A DNA stretch of 61,104 bases from Candidatus Omnitrophota bacterium (GTDB lineage Bacteria; Omnitrophota; Gorgyraeia; Gygaellales; Profunditerraquicolaceae): contig JBDRKE010000016.1 in assembly GCA_043814315.1 (NCBI GenBank), positions 1-61,104 on the forward strand, written 5' to 3'. The translations under genes were made by a program, and so were the position numbers. Numbering within the stretch: the stretch's first letter is position 1; each line of letters begins with the position of its first letter. Positions 45,478 to 54,222 of this stretch are shown one piece after another. A model generated the notes under the pieces. The model was not told where the DNA came from. It worked only from the letters and a program-made list of their open reading frames with translations, and did not search any database.

Positions 45478-48400
45478 TTAACGCGCACTAACTTTTTGCG
45501 ACTCCCTAGTCTCTTTTAACAGGGCGTGATACTCCTGCAGGGACATGGGTTCATTATATTTATTCTTACTGGCCTCTATGCCTTCTACGGTGGCACACGC
45601 CGCTGCCATGGTCGTCACATAAGGAATCTTATACTGGATCGCCAGCATTCGTATGAAACTGTCATCATAGACGCTGGTGCGGCCTATGGGAGTATTGATG
45701 ATAAGATGAACCTCTCTGTTCTTTATGGCATCCTCGATATTGGGCCTGCCTTGATGCAGCTTCTTGATAAATAGCGACTCAACACCTCTTTCCTGAAGGA
45801 ACTTATGGGTATTCTCCGTCGCTAAGATACGGAAGCCCAGATGAGAAAGCTTTGCGGCGACTTGAAAAAGGCCTTCCTTGTCTTTGTCCGCCACCGTCAC
45901 CAGCACATTCCCTTCCAGCGGAAGCTTTGTGCCGACGGATTCCTGCGCCTTAAAAAAGGCCAGGCCGAAATCCTTATCGATACCCATCACCTCTCCGGTG
46001 GCCCGCATCTCAGGCCCCAGCACCGGGTCAACCTCAGGAAACATGTTAAACGGAAACACCGCTTCCTTTATAGTAACATAGGGAATCTTACGGTGCATCA
46101 ATTGCGGGAAATCTTTTATTTTCTTTCCCAGCATCAGCAGTGTTGCGATACGCGCCAGCGGTATGCCGATGGTCTTGGATACCAGAGGCACGGTGCGGCT
46201 GGCGCGCGGATTGGCCTCAAGGATATAAACCCGGTCATCGCAGATAGCAAACTGGATGTTAATCAGCCCTACAACGGAAAGTTCTCTGGCGATCCTGGAG
46301 GTGTAGTCTTCAATAGTTTTACTATGCTCCTGCTTTATGGAGCGCGCCGGTATGCAGCAGGCAGAATCTCCGGAATGGATGCCCGCATGTTCTATATGCT
46401 CCATGACGGGTGCGACAAAAGTCTCATCTTTGTCGCAAAGCGCATCCACCTCGCATTCTATGGCATTTTCCAGAAAGCGATCAATGAGCATGGGGTATTC
46501 GGGGCTCACCTGGATGGCCTCTTTGGCATACTTGATGAGCATCTTCTCATCATAGATAACCTCCATCCCTCTCCCGCCCAATACAAAAGAAGGCCGCACC
46601 ATCAGGGGGAATCCGATTTTTTTTGCTATGTTTACGGCCTCTTCCAGCGAAAAGACGGTTGCGCCCTCGGTCTGCTGGATACCCATTTCAATCATTTTTC
46701 TGCGAAAGAGCTCTCTGTCTTCAGCAAAGGCGATTGATTCAGTGCTTGTGCCCAGGATCTTCACCCCGTTTTTCTCAAGCTCCGCCGCGATATTCAGAGG
46801 TGTCTGGCCGCCGAACTGCACGATGGCACCGACCGGCTTTTCTTTTTCCCAGATCGCCAGCACATCTTCGACGGTAAGCGGCTCAAAATAAAGTTTATTT
46901 GCCGTATCGTAATCCGTTGAAACGGTCTCGGGGTTGCAATTAATCATAATGGACTCAAGACCCTCATCCCGCAAGGCGAATGCCGCATGCACGCAGGTGT
47001 AATCAAACTCAATCCCCTGGCCGATGCGGTTCGGCCCGCCGCCAAGAATCAGGACTTTCTTTTTATCCGATACAGGCACTAAATCTTTTCCCGCAGTATA
47101 CGTGGAATAATAATACGCCGCGTCCTTCACGCCGCTGACCGGCACCGGCTCAAAGCGGGCATTGCCCATAAGTTTTTTCCTGCGGGTGCGTACATCCGAC
47201 TCCTTTACCTTAAATATCTTAGCCATGTATTTATCGCTAAACCCCCATTCCTTGGCCTTGCGCAATGTTTCATCCGGAAATTTCTCCCATTTAAAGTCAA
47301 GCATCTGATTCTCAAACTCCACCAGTTCCTTCATCTCATTAATAAACCATTTTCCGATAAAGGTAAGATTGTAAAGCTCATCCACTCTCATGCCTTTGCG
47401 CAGCGCCTCATACATCAGGAACACCCGTTCGCTGGAAGGAAAAGTCAGTTTGAGTTTCAATTCTTCCAATGAAAGACTATTAAAATCCCTGGCCCATCCC
47501 AGGCCATACCTGTTGATCTCAAGGGAACGGATGGATTTTTGAAACGCCTCTTTAAAACTTTTGGCAATGCTCATCACTTCGCCGACGGCCTTCATCTGCG
47601 TGCCCAGGATATCCCTGGCCTGTGGGAATTTCTCAAAGGCCCAGCGCGCAAATTTTATAACTACATACTCGCCCCACGGCTCGTACTTCTCAAGCGTGCC
47701 TTTTCTCCAGTAAGGGATTTCATCGAGGTTTAAGCCGGCAGCCAGTTTCGTAGAGATGCGGGCAATGGGAAAACCGGTGGCCTTGGAAGCCAGGGCTGAT
47801 GAGCGCGATGTGCGGGGATTTATCTCAATAGCCACCAGCCGGTCGTCTTTTAGGTTGTGCGCGAACTGGATGTTCGTTCCGCCGACAACGCCGATGGCCT
47901 CTACGATTTTGTAGGATAATTCCTGCATCTTCTTCTGCAGTTTTTCCGGGACTGTCAGCATGGGCGCGACGCAGAAGCTGTCTCCGGTATGAACACCCAT
48001 GGCATCGATATTCTCAATAAAACAGACGGTGATTTTCTGATTCTTCTCATCCCTCACCACTTCCAGCTCCAGCTCCTCCCAGCCGATCACCGCTTCTTCT
48101 ACCAATATCTGATGGATGAGGCTGGCATTAAGGCCGCGATTGGCGAGGGTGCGCAGTTCTTCGTTGTTATAGGCGATCCCGCCTCCTGTGCCACCTAAGG
48201 TGTAAGCCGGACGGATGACTACGGGATAATTCAAATTTTGCGCCACTTCCTCTGCCTCTTCAACCGAATGGCACGTCTGTGAACGCGGCACAGGGATATC
48301 GAGTTTACGCATGGTATCTTTAAAAGCCTCGCGGTCCTCTCCGCGCTCAATCGCATCTGCCTTGACGCCGATGATCTTAACTGCGTATTTATCCAGCACT

Positions 48401-48717
48401 CCGGCCTTGTGTAAACTTGAGGCAAGGTTCAGGCCTGTCTGGCCGCCTAAATTCGGCAGCAAACCATCCGGCTTTTCCCTGGCAATGATTTTCGTGAGGC
48501 TCTCCACGGTGAGCGGCTCGATATAGGTGCGCTCAGCCATTCCCGGATCCGTCATAATGGTTGCGGGGTTAGAGTTAACCAGCACAACTTCATATCCTTC
48601 TTCGCGCAGGGCCTTGCAAGCCTGAGTGCCGGAATAATCAAATTCGCAGGCTTGACCGATGATGATAGGGCCTGAACCGATGATGAGGACCTTTTTGAGG
48701 TCTTTTCTTCTTGGCAT
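45478..48717 (-). CDS. carB: Carbamoyl-phosphate synthase large subunit
   Basis: 1079 aa with duplicated ATP-grasp halves, oligomerisation and MGS-like domains. Unmistakable CarB sequence. Confidence 0.95.
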   Translation of the reverse strand: MPRRKDLKKVLIIGSGPIIIGQACEFDYSGTQACKALREEGYEVVLVNSNPATIMTDPGMAERTYIEPLTVESLTKIIAREKPDGLLPNLGGQTGLNLASSLHKAGVLDKYAVKIIGVKADAIERGEDREAFKDTMRKLDIPVPRSQTCHSVEEAEEVAQNLNYPVVIRPAYTLGGTGGGIAYNNEELRTLANRGLNASLIHQILVEEAVIGWEELELEVVRDEKNQKITVCFIENIDAMGVHTGDSFCVAPMLTVPEKLQKKMQELSYKIVEAIGVVGGTNIQFAHNLKDDRLVAIEINPRTSRSSALASKATGFPIARISTKLAAGLNLDEIPYWRKGTLEKYEPWGEYVVIKFARWAFEKFPQARDILGTQMKAVGEVMSIAKSFKEAFQKSIRSLEINRYGLGWARDFNSLSLEELKLKLTFPSSERVFLMYEALRKGMRVDELYNLTFIGKWFINEMKELVEFENQMLDFKWEKFPDETLRKAKEWGFSDKYMAKIFKVKESDVRTRRKKLMGNARFEPVPVSGVKDAAYYYSTYTAGKDLVPVSDKKKVLILGGGPNRIGQGIEFDYTCVHAAFALRDEGLESIMINCNPETVSTDYDTANKLYFEPLTVEDVLAIWEKEKPVGAIVQFGGQTPLNIAAELEKNGVKILGTSTESIAFAEDRELFRRKMIEMGIQQTEGATVFSLEEAVNIAKKIGFPLMVRPSFVLGGRGMEVIYDEKMLIKYAKEAIQVSPEYPMLIDRFLENAIECEVDALCDKDETFVAPVMEHIEHAGIHSGDSACCIPARSIKQEHSKTIEDYTSRIARELSVVGLINIQFAICDDRVYILEANPRASRTVPLVSKTIGIPLARIATLLMLGKKIKDFPQLMHRKIPYVTIKEAVFPFNMFPEVDPVLGPEMRATGEVMGIDKDFGLAFFKAQESVGTKLPLEGNVLVTVADKDKEGLFQVAAKLSHLGFRILATENTHKFLQERGVESLFIKKLHQGRPNIEDAIKNREVHLIINTPIGRTSVYDDSFIRMLAIQYKIPYVTTMAAACATVEGIEASKNKYNEPMSLQEYHALLKETRESQKVSAR

Positions 48718-48752
48718 GAATAAATCCTCCTTGGGAACTGATAAAATTTAGG

Positions 48753-48793
48753 TGAGGCCCGGACAAAAAAAATAGGCAACCCTCTAAATAATG
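48753..48793 (-). terminator. Terminator-like hairpin plus U8 inside the carB leader
   Basis: Minus strand AGGCAACTCTCATTATTTAGAGGGTTGCCT followed by ATTTTTTTT. Located 38-77 nt upstream of the carB ATG. Confidence 0.55.
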
Positions 48794-48876
48794 AGAGTTG
48801 CCTAAAATGAAATGTCTTTTGCCGGTAAAAACATATACCTTGCGCCTTTGTAGCCGATTACCAATTATTTCTTTAT

Positions 48877-48905
48877 ATTGTATTAGGACAGGGGCCGCAC
48901 GTCAA
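48877..48905 (-). promoter_or_regulatory. Sigma-70 promoter for carB
   Basis: Minus strand TTGACG (48905-48900), 17 nt, TACAAT (48882-48877). Confidence 0.6.
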
Positions 48906-48922
48906 GATGAATTTCCAAAATT

Positions 48923-49366
48923 TCAAGATCGGGTCTTGATATCGCCTGGTAGGCAATGGGTTACAAGACCCGATCTTGAAAAGTGTATCAACTCCTTAAG
49001 CTTCTTCGGATCCCAGGGATAAAATCTTAAATTTTCCTCTCTCGCCACATCGGGTAATACCGCGCTCTCTACTTTTTTTAAGGCCATGGCAATGATTCTA
49101 TTGCCCTTGTTTCGACTCTTTTGAAGCTGGCAATCTACCCATTTGCTCTTGTGGCTATTTTCTCCTATCAAGCATACCGTAACGCCGCACTTGATTATTT
49201 TCTCACCGATAGCCCGTTTTAAACTCTTTGCGCCCTCGCTCTCAAAATCCATACCCAGAGGAACCTCATAAAAATCTAACCCGGCATCAAGGCCTTCAAG
49301 TAAGGGCAACAGGCCTTTAACCTTCTGAGTATCTTCGGGAGAAAAACTTAAAAATACTCTTTTCAT
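48923..49366 (-). CDS. Stand-alone TIR-like (DUF1863/MTH538-type) domain protein
   Basis: VFLSFSPED...; IIKCGVTVCLIGENSHKSKWVDCQLQKSRNKGNRIIAMAL follows the TIR-like family layout. The last 19 or so codons run through the family-C inverted repeat. Confidence 0.45.
   Translation of the reverse strand: MKRVFLSFSPEDTQKVKGLLPLLEGLDAGLDFYEVPLGMDFESEGAKSLKRAIGEKIIKCGVTVCLIGENSHKSKWVDCQLQKSRNKGNRIIAMALKKVESAVLPDVAREENLRFYPWDPKKLKELIHFSRSGLVTHCLPGDIKTRS
48924..48978. repeat. Perfect 15-bp inverted repeat pair of family C
   Basis: caagatcgggtcttg (48924-48938) and caagacccgatcttg (48964-48978), separated by 25 bp. Confidence 0.8.
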
Positions 49367-49420
49367 GACTTAACACAGATACCGGCTGCTTTCCCTCAAA
49401 TCTGACACCTTGAAATCGCC

Positions 49421-50035
49421 CTATTCACCTATCTGCGTTAAGATGTCATCTAACGACATCTTCCCGGAACCGCCGCCAAAAGAAGTCATGGAAGCCTTTT
49501 CGAATCCGTCCGGCACTTCAAACAGCGAATCCGGCTGCGGCCCAAAGGAAATATTCTTATACTGAACACTCCAGCTGCCGTCAACAGCTTCCATCTTCAC
49601 CGGAAACCCGGAATCCGTCAGCCATTGATACATGGCCTCTTCCCGGGATGTGACTTTGAACTTATCAGCCTGGATACCATCTACCGCTTCTCTGCCCAGC
49701 GGTGCACGCTCAACCTCCCCATCCATTTCCTTAGAGGTCTTGGGAACCTTCTTCATGTCAATAGGCATCTCCATATACATCTGCTCGAATGGCATGACCA
49801 TCCACATCACATTTTTATCCAGACGCATGATCATGATATTGCCGGCAACCTCTGTGCGCATCTTATTCCCGGAAACATAGATCTTCGCGTTCTCTGTCTG
49901 GTCGGCTGAACGACTGACCATCTCCGAAGAAAACTGCTGAGTATCCGCTGCCCGGGCGCAGTTGTTGTGACAAAAAATGACAGATACTATTGCCGGCAAT
50001 AAAACGTTGAGTGCAGCCTTGCGTATCTTGCTCAT
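49421..50035 (-). CDS. Secreted LolA-fold-like / DUF4412-like protein
   Basis: Signal peptide. The YVSGNKMRTE...MIMRLDKNVMWMVMP pattern is typical of this beta-sandwich family. Confidence 0.5.
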   Translation of the reverse strand: MSKIRKAALNVLLPAIVSVIFCHNNCARAADTQQFSSEMVSRSADQTENAKIYVSGNKMRTEVAGNIMIMRLDKNVMWMVMPFEQMYMEMPIDMKKVPKTSKEMDGEVERAPLGREAVDGIQADKFKVTSREEAMYQWLTDSGFPVKMEAVDGSWSVQYKNISFGPQPDSLFEVPDGFEKASMTSFGGGSGKMSLDDILTQIGE

Positions 50036-50282
50036 CCTTCCTCCTGTTTTAAGAAAATCTTAAACCTCCCTGGCTTTCCTTCAATACTACCATCGACAAT
50101 CTAAGCCACTCATTCTCATGCTTCCGTCCCGTTATCAAAAACTGATACCTGTAATCCTGCCTTATGCAATAGACGTAGACATTCATAGCAACCCGCTAAA
50201 ACAGAAACGTCCCCTTTTTCCTTTTTCAAGCAATTCCTCGCTTGGGAAATTTGGGGAAGTCCTTTATCCGCCCCCTTTATTC

Positions 50283-51554
50283 CTAGGGGCGATAGGAGTG
50301 CGAGCTTCTGTAGGAAATGTGTTTAGGGTACCGGCCTTTCGGTTTTCGTGGCGCAGGCTGAGACCTGGACTCAACAAACTTTTCGGAAGGGAACTCGGGA
50401 TGTTTGGATACGGGCAGGGTTGATCGAATCAGTTTTTCAATATCCCGGACTTCGCAGCTCTGCTCGGGCGTGGCAAAGGAGATCGCATGGCCCCGGCACC
50501 CGGCCCTCGCCGTGCGGCCGATCCGATGCACATAATTTCCTGCATCCTCCGGAAGATCATAATTAATGACCAGCTCTATGCCGGTCACATCAATGCCTCG
50601 GGCTGCGATGTCGGTGGCGACGAGCACCCTGTACCTGCCTGATTTAAAACCATCAAGCGCTTCGCGGCGCTGACTTAAGGTACGGTTAGAATGGATCTCT
50701 GCCGCGCTGTACCCCATATCACGAACGGACACCTTGATCTTACGCGCATTATGCTTGGTGCGGGAGAATAAAAGAACCGAGCCGTGATATTGCGCGAGGA
50801 TTTTACTGAGGAGCCGCATCTTGGCTTCTTTCTTGACGATGAATAACTCCTGCGTCACGCTTTCTACCGTAGTCCCCGAAGGGGCGATCTCAACAGAAAC
50901 AGGCAGCTTCATATACTTAGCCGCGATCTCCATGATCTCTTCGGGAATTGTCGCGGAAAAAAGCATGGTCTGCCTGTCTTTCGGAAGGAACTTCAGGATC
51001 TTTGTGATTTGCGGGGCAAAACCCATATCCAGCATACGGTCGGCTTCATCCAACACCAACATTACCACTTCCTCCGTTAGAAAATTCCAATGGCTCATAT
51101 GGTCCAGGAGCCTGCCGGGAGTGGCAATCACGATGCGCGGATTCTTACGTAAGGCTTGGACCTGTCCGTTCATAGGAGCCCCGCCGATAAGACAGGCCGT
51201 CTTCATCATCCCGAAAGAATGGGCAAACCCCTCAAAAGCCTCATGGATTTGAATAGCCAGTTCGCGCGTAGGCGCAAGGACTAAACCCACTCCCCTCATC
51301 TTTGCTAGGCGCTGCACCATAGGAATGGCAAAGGCATGGGTTTTGCCCGTGCCGGTCTGCGCAATACCGATAACATCTTTGCCTTCGATCGCAAGCGGGA
51401 TGGCCTTAAACTGAATGGGTGTGGGGACCTTGAACTTTATGCGTTCAAGGATATCGAGGATCTTCGGCGCAATGCCCATCCCGTAGAAGCTCCTCTCCCG
51501 AAGATTGTCCTCTTGCGGGAGAACGTCCCTATGCGCCGTCTTAGACGTCATCAT
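50283..51554 (-). CDS. DEAD-box ATP-dependent RNA helicase
   Basis: Q motif; AQTGTGKT, DEAD, SAT and HRIGRTARAG motifs; basic C-terminal tail. Confidence 0.95.
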   Translation of the reverse strand: MMTSKTAHRDVLPQEDNLRERSFYGMGIAPKILDILERIKFKVPTPIQFKAIPLAIEGKDVIGIAQTGTGKTHAFAIPMVQRLAKMRGVGLVLAPTRELAIQIHEAFEGFAHSFGMMKTACLIGGAPMNGQVQALRKNPRIVIATPGRLLDHMSHWNFLTEEVVMLVLDEADRMLDMGFAPQITKILKFLPKDRQTMLFSATIPEEIMEIAAKYMKLPVSVEIAPSGTTVESVTQELFIVKKEAKMRLLSKILAQYHGSVLLFSRTKHNARKIKVSVRDMGYSAAEIHSNRTLSQRREALDGFKSGRYRVLVATDIAARGIDVTGIELVINYDLPEDAGNYVHRIGRTARAGCRGHAISFATPEQSCEVRDIEKLIRSTLPVSKHPEFPSEKFVESRSQPAPRKPKGRYPKHISYRSSHSYRP

Positions 51555-51700
51555 TTTTTAGAAACCTTCGGCTTGTGCTCCTGAGCCATCTGACCCAGGT
51601 GGACATGGCAATACGCTTCATGATTATAGATGCTTAAGATGTGCTTGCAGCCACGAAATTTGCATTTCCTGCCTTTATAGGAAGTCCTTACTTTTTTCAT
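51551..51700 (-). CDS. Unannotated 49-aa Cys/His-rich basic protein (MKKVRTSYKGRKCKFRGCKHILSIYNHEAYCHVHLGQMAQEHKPKVSKK)
   Basis: Hand translation. It fills the csp-helicase gap, and its TGA overlaps the helicase ATG (ATGA). Cx4C-x12-CHxH pattern. No strong SD. Confidence 0.45.
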   Translation of the reverse strand: MKKVRTSYKGRKCKFRGCKHILSIYNHEAYCHVHLGQMAQEHKPKVSKK

Positions 51701-51742
51701 ACACCCAGCTTTTCTCTGAGATGAAAAAAGGCATTTCTATGC

Positions 51743-51949
51743 TTATTCCTGCAGGATATGCACATTGATAGCGCGGGGACCTTTGGGGGAATTTTCAATC
51801 TCAAATTCCACTTTCTGTTCTTCTTTCAAAGAATCAAACTGTGCGTCTACCAGCCCGCTCTGATGAAAAAAAACTTCTCTTCCATCGGTGTCGCTGATAA
51901 AACCAAATCCTCTTTCGTGCACGACTTTCTTGATTTTTCCGGTATGCAT
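51743..51949 (-). CDS. Cold-shock-domain protein
   Basis: RGFGFI (RNP1-like) and VFFHQS (RNP2-like) motifs; 68 aa. Confidence 0.9.
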   Translation of the reverse strand: MHTGKIKKVVHERGFGFISDTDGREVFFHQSGLVDAQFDSLKEEQKVEFEIENSPKGPRAINVHILQE

Positions 51950-52015
51950 GAAACATCCTCCTTTAATGAGTCTTAATAATCAGCCTTCAACTTACGCAGA
52001 TCCGATTATTCCTGG

Positions 52016-52216
52016 CTATACCTTGGTAACTTTTACAGCCTGATAGCCTTTAGGGCCTTTTTCAATCTCAAACTCTACTTCCTGACCTTCGGCCAAGGAC
52101 TTAAAACCTTCACCCTCGATAGATTTGTGATGTACAAAAACATCATCTCCGGATTCAGGAGTAATAAATCCATACCCTTTCTGGTCACTAAACCATTTTA
52201 CTTTTCCTCTTGCCAT
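52016..52216 (-). CDS. Cold-shock protein (CspA family)
   Basis: [12 protein letters not shown] and DVFVHH motifs; 66 aa; AAAGGAGG ribosome-binding site. Confidence 0.95.
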   Translation of the reverse strand: MARGKVKWFSDQKGYGFITPESGDDVFVHHKSIEGEGFKSLAEGQEVEFEIEKGPKGYQAVKVTKV

Positions 52217-52260
52217 TGTTCATATCCTCCTTTCCTAAGAATTTGTAGTAAATAAGGATA

Positions 52261-52299
52261 GAAAAAAACCGAAAGGTTAGCAAGTCACACCTTTCGGTC
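52261..52299 (-). terminator. Intrinsic terminator (10-bp stem plus U7)
   Basis: Minus strand ACCGAAAGGT-gtgacttgcta-ACCTTTCGGT followed by TTTTTTT. Downstream of the radical SAM gene and inside the csp leader. Confidence 0.75.
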
Positions 52300-52337
52300 A
52301 TAAGTTACTAATCTCTAATATTTACTACAGATTTGTT

Positions 52338-52366
52338 ACTATACCATTAAATCCTTGATTTGTCAA
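52338..52366 (-). promoter_or_regulatory. Strong sigma-70 promoter with extended -10 for the csp gene
   Basis: Minus strand TTGACA (52366-52361), 17 nt, TGG-TATAGT (-10 at 52343-52338). The -35 overlaps the radical SAM stop codon. Confidence 0.65.
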
Positions 52367-53970
52367 CTTGAGTTTTTAGGACCACCCCTTTTTAGATGAT
52401 CTCTTGCCTTTTGCAACCTTTCAGGAAACTTATCTTTTTTAAACTGAGAAGCCCATCTCTTCATGATAATCCAGCCGCCAAAACGGACCAGGTCATTGCG
52501 CCATGGCCGGTACCATTTCCTCCATCCCGATTTGATATTATGCAGGAAAAAAACCATGGCAGGAAAGGAAACTATATTAAAACCTATCTTGAACAAATAC
52601 GTGAATTGGTAAAATTTCCCCATAATCTTTCTGATGGAAGACTGCATTTCCTCGGCCGTCAGGGGTGGGTCCGGTTCAAACAGGGGGAAGTTTCCGTCAT
52701 AATATTCCCAGCCGACATCCTGAAGCGGATAAAGCCTGTTTTGCCTGGCAAGCCTGTGCCTTAATTCTGTCCCGGAGAGAGGACCCGCCAGCAAAATTTG
52801 CAGGGTGTCAATTTTAGCCTTCCTGATAAAGTTCTTAAAACGCTTGATGCGCTCCCTCGCCGACATTTTAAAAGTCACCCCTTCTTTTAACGGATAACCA
52901 AAGATAAACATGCCATGCACCAGAAATCCGAATTTATGAAATATCTTTGTGAAAGACAGCATATCATCGGGCCTGAGATGTTTATTCATGGCGTTTAGCT
53001 CTTCTTCGATAGGCGACTCAAAACCGATGGCCACCGTATTAATGCCTGCCTGGCGCATCGCCGAAAGAAGGGGTGAGTCTTTGGCTTTATCCAGCCTTAT
53101 CTGAACGGTTACATCCAGCCTTCTGCCTATGTTTTTTTGATAATCCCCAAGCATTTGACAGAACCTTATGGTTTCATCCCGTTCTTGCCCGAAAAGGTCA
53201 TCAACAACGAAAAAATGCCTGGCATCTTTCGTCTCAAGAAGAAAACTGATCTGTTCAAGAAGCCTTTCGGGCGGAGCATGGCGGGGCTTTCCCTTCACCG
53301 TGCAAAACTCGCAATCCATGCCGCACCCCCGTATCCTTTCAACGGGAAAAATTTTAATCTTAGCATAACGCACCAGGGAAAAATCCGCTAAAGGCAGCTT
53401 GTTAAAATCAGTTATAGGCGCTCTATTGGGAGTAAAAAGGGGCTTACCATTATCAAGATAAACAATACCTCTGATAGCACTGACATCTTGCTTTCCTTCC
53501 ATAGCTCGCAGAAGCTCTTTAATAGCCTCTTCTCCTTCGCCTATCACCACATAGTCAATGCAAGAATTCAATGCCTCGGCTATATTGTCTTCGACAAAAT
53601 GCTGTCCCCCCGCGATGGTCACAACCCCCTTATCTTTATAAAAGCGGGCCAGTTCGTAAAGCCTGGGGATGGTGCTTGTTAGTCCGCCATAGAATCCAAC
53701 AACATCCGCCGGCCTTAAGCTTTGCAAAAATTCATGGTCCGCTCCTACGAAATCGCTTCTGGGGCCGTATCTACGAAGGTTGTTTTCATCAATAACCTCA
53801 ACGTCCCAACATTCCATTTCATTCGCAGCGCTGGCAACACATACTGGCCCCAAAGCCGTAGTCTTATTAGCAATGTAAGAATAGATGTTAAACGCCGGAT
53901 AGGCCGGAGTAATAATCCTCAATCTGTGTCTTTTTTTGGATAAGTCTAGTGCCATATTTAATGAGCGCAT
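52363..53970 (-). CDS. B12-binding-domain radical SAM protein with a C-terminal hydrophobic extension
   Basis: N-terminal Rossmann-like B12-binding region; CGMDCEFC (Cx3Cx2C) cluster motif. About 535 aa. Confidence 0.8.
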   Translation of the reverse strand: MRSLNMALDLSKKRHRLRIITPAYPAFNIYSYIANKTTALGPVCVASAANEMECWDVEVIDENNLRRYGPRSDFVGADHEFLQSLRPADVVGFYGGLTSTIPRLYELARFYKDKGVVTIAGGQHFVEDNIAEALNSCIDYVVIGEGEEAIKELLRAMEGKQDVSAIRGIVYLDNGKPLFTPNRAPITDFNKLPLADFSLVRYAKIKIFPVERIRGCGMDCEFCTVKGKPRHAPPERLLEQISFLLETKDARHFFVVDDLFGQERDETIRFCQMLGDYQKNIGRRLDVTVQIRLDKAKDSPLLSAMRQAGINTVAIGFESPIEEELNAMNKHLRPDDMLSFTKIFHKFGFLVHGMFIFGYPLKEGVTFKMSARERIKRFKNFIRKAKIDTLQILLAGPLSGTELRHRLARQNRLYPLQDVGWEYYDGNFPLFEPDPPLTAEEMQSSIRKIMGKFYQFTYLFKIGFNIVSFPAMVFFLHNIKSGWRKWYRPWRNDLVRFGGWIIMKRWASQFKKDKFPERLQKARDHLKRGGPKNSS

Positions 53971-54054
53971 AACTTACGGAGAACGAAGTTCGACGTAAGT
54001 TATCTGCGCGAATTAATCCTGAGTGAAGCGAAGGATCTTCTCCTGAATCAGGCC

Positions 54055-54222
54055 TTAACGGCCCTCACCCTTACGCTTTGAATAACAATCTCTGCAGTAT
54101 ACGGGACGGTCATCCCTAGGCTTAAAAGGGACTTCGCACTCTTTCTTGCATTCCGAACAAACCGCCTTGTGCATCTCCCGCGGCCCCCCGCCGAATCCTC
54201 CTCCACCGTATTGATATGCCAT
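54055..54222 (-). CDS. 55-aa Gly-rich protein with a CxxC-x17-CxxC zinc-ribbon motif
   Basis: MAYQYGGGGFGGGPREMHKAVCSECKKECEVPFKPRDDRPVYCRDCYSKRKGEGR. Start at 54222 with AAAGGAGG upstream. The longer ORF-track start is read out of the GAATAAAG repeat. Confidence 0.7.
   Translation of the reverse strand: MAYQYGGGGFGGGPREMHKAVCSECKKECEVPFKPRDDRPVYCRDCYSKRKGEGR

Noticed and set aside
45841-46737. 298-aa plus-strand ORF (and several others at 45526-48526) opposite carB
   Set aside because: It is antisense to an unmistakable carB reading frame. The product is low-complexity and R/G/H-rich with no motifs. This is a typical shadow ORF.
53971-54054. Cobalamin riboswitch upstream of the B12-radical SAM gene
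   Set aside because: The gap is only 84 bp, there is no B12-box-like sequence, and it is too short for the riboswitch.
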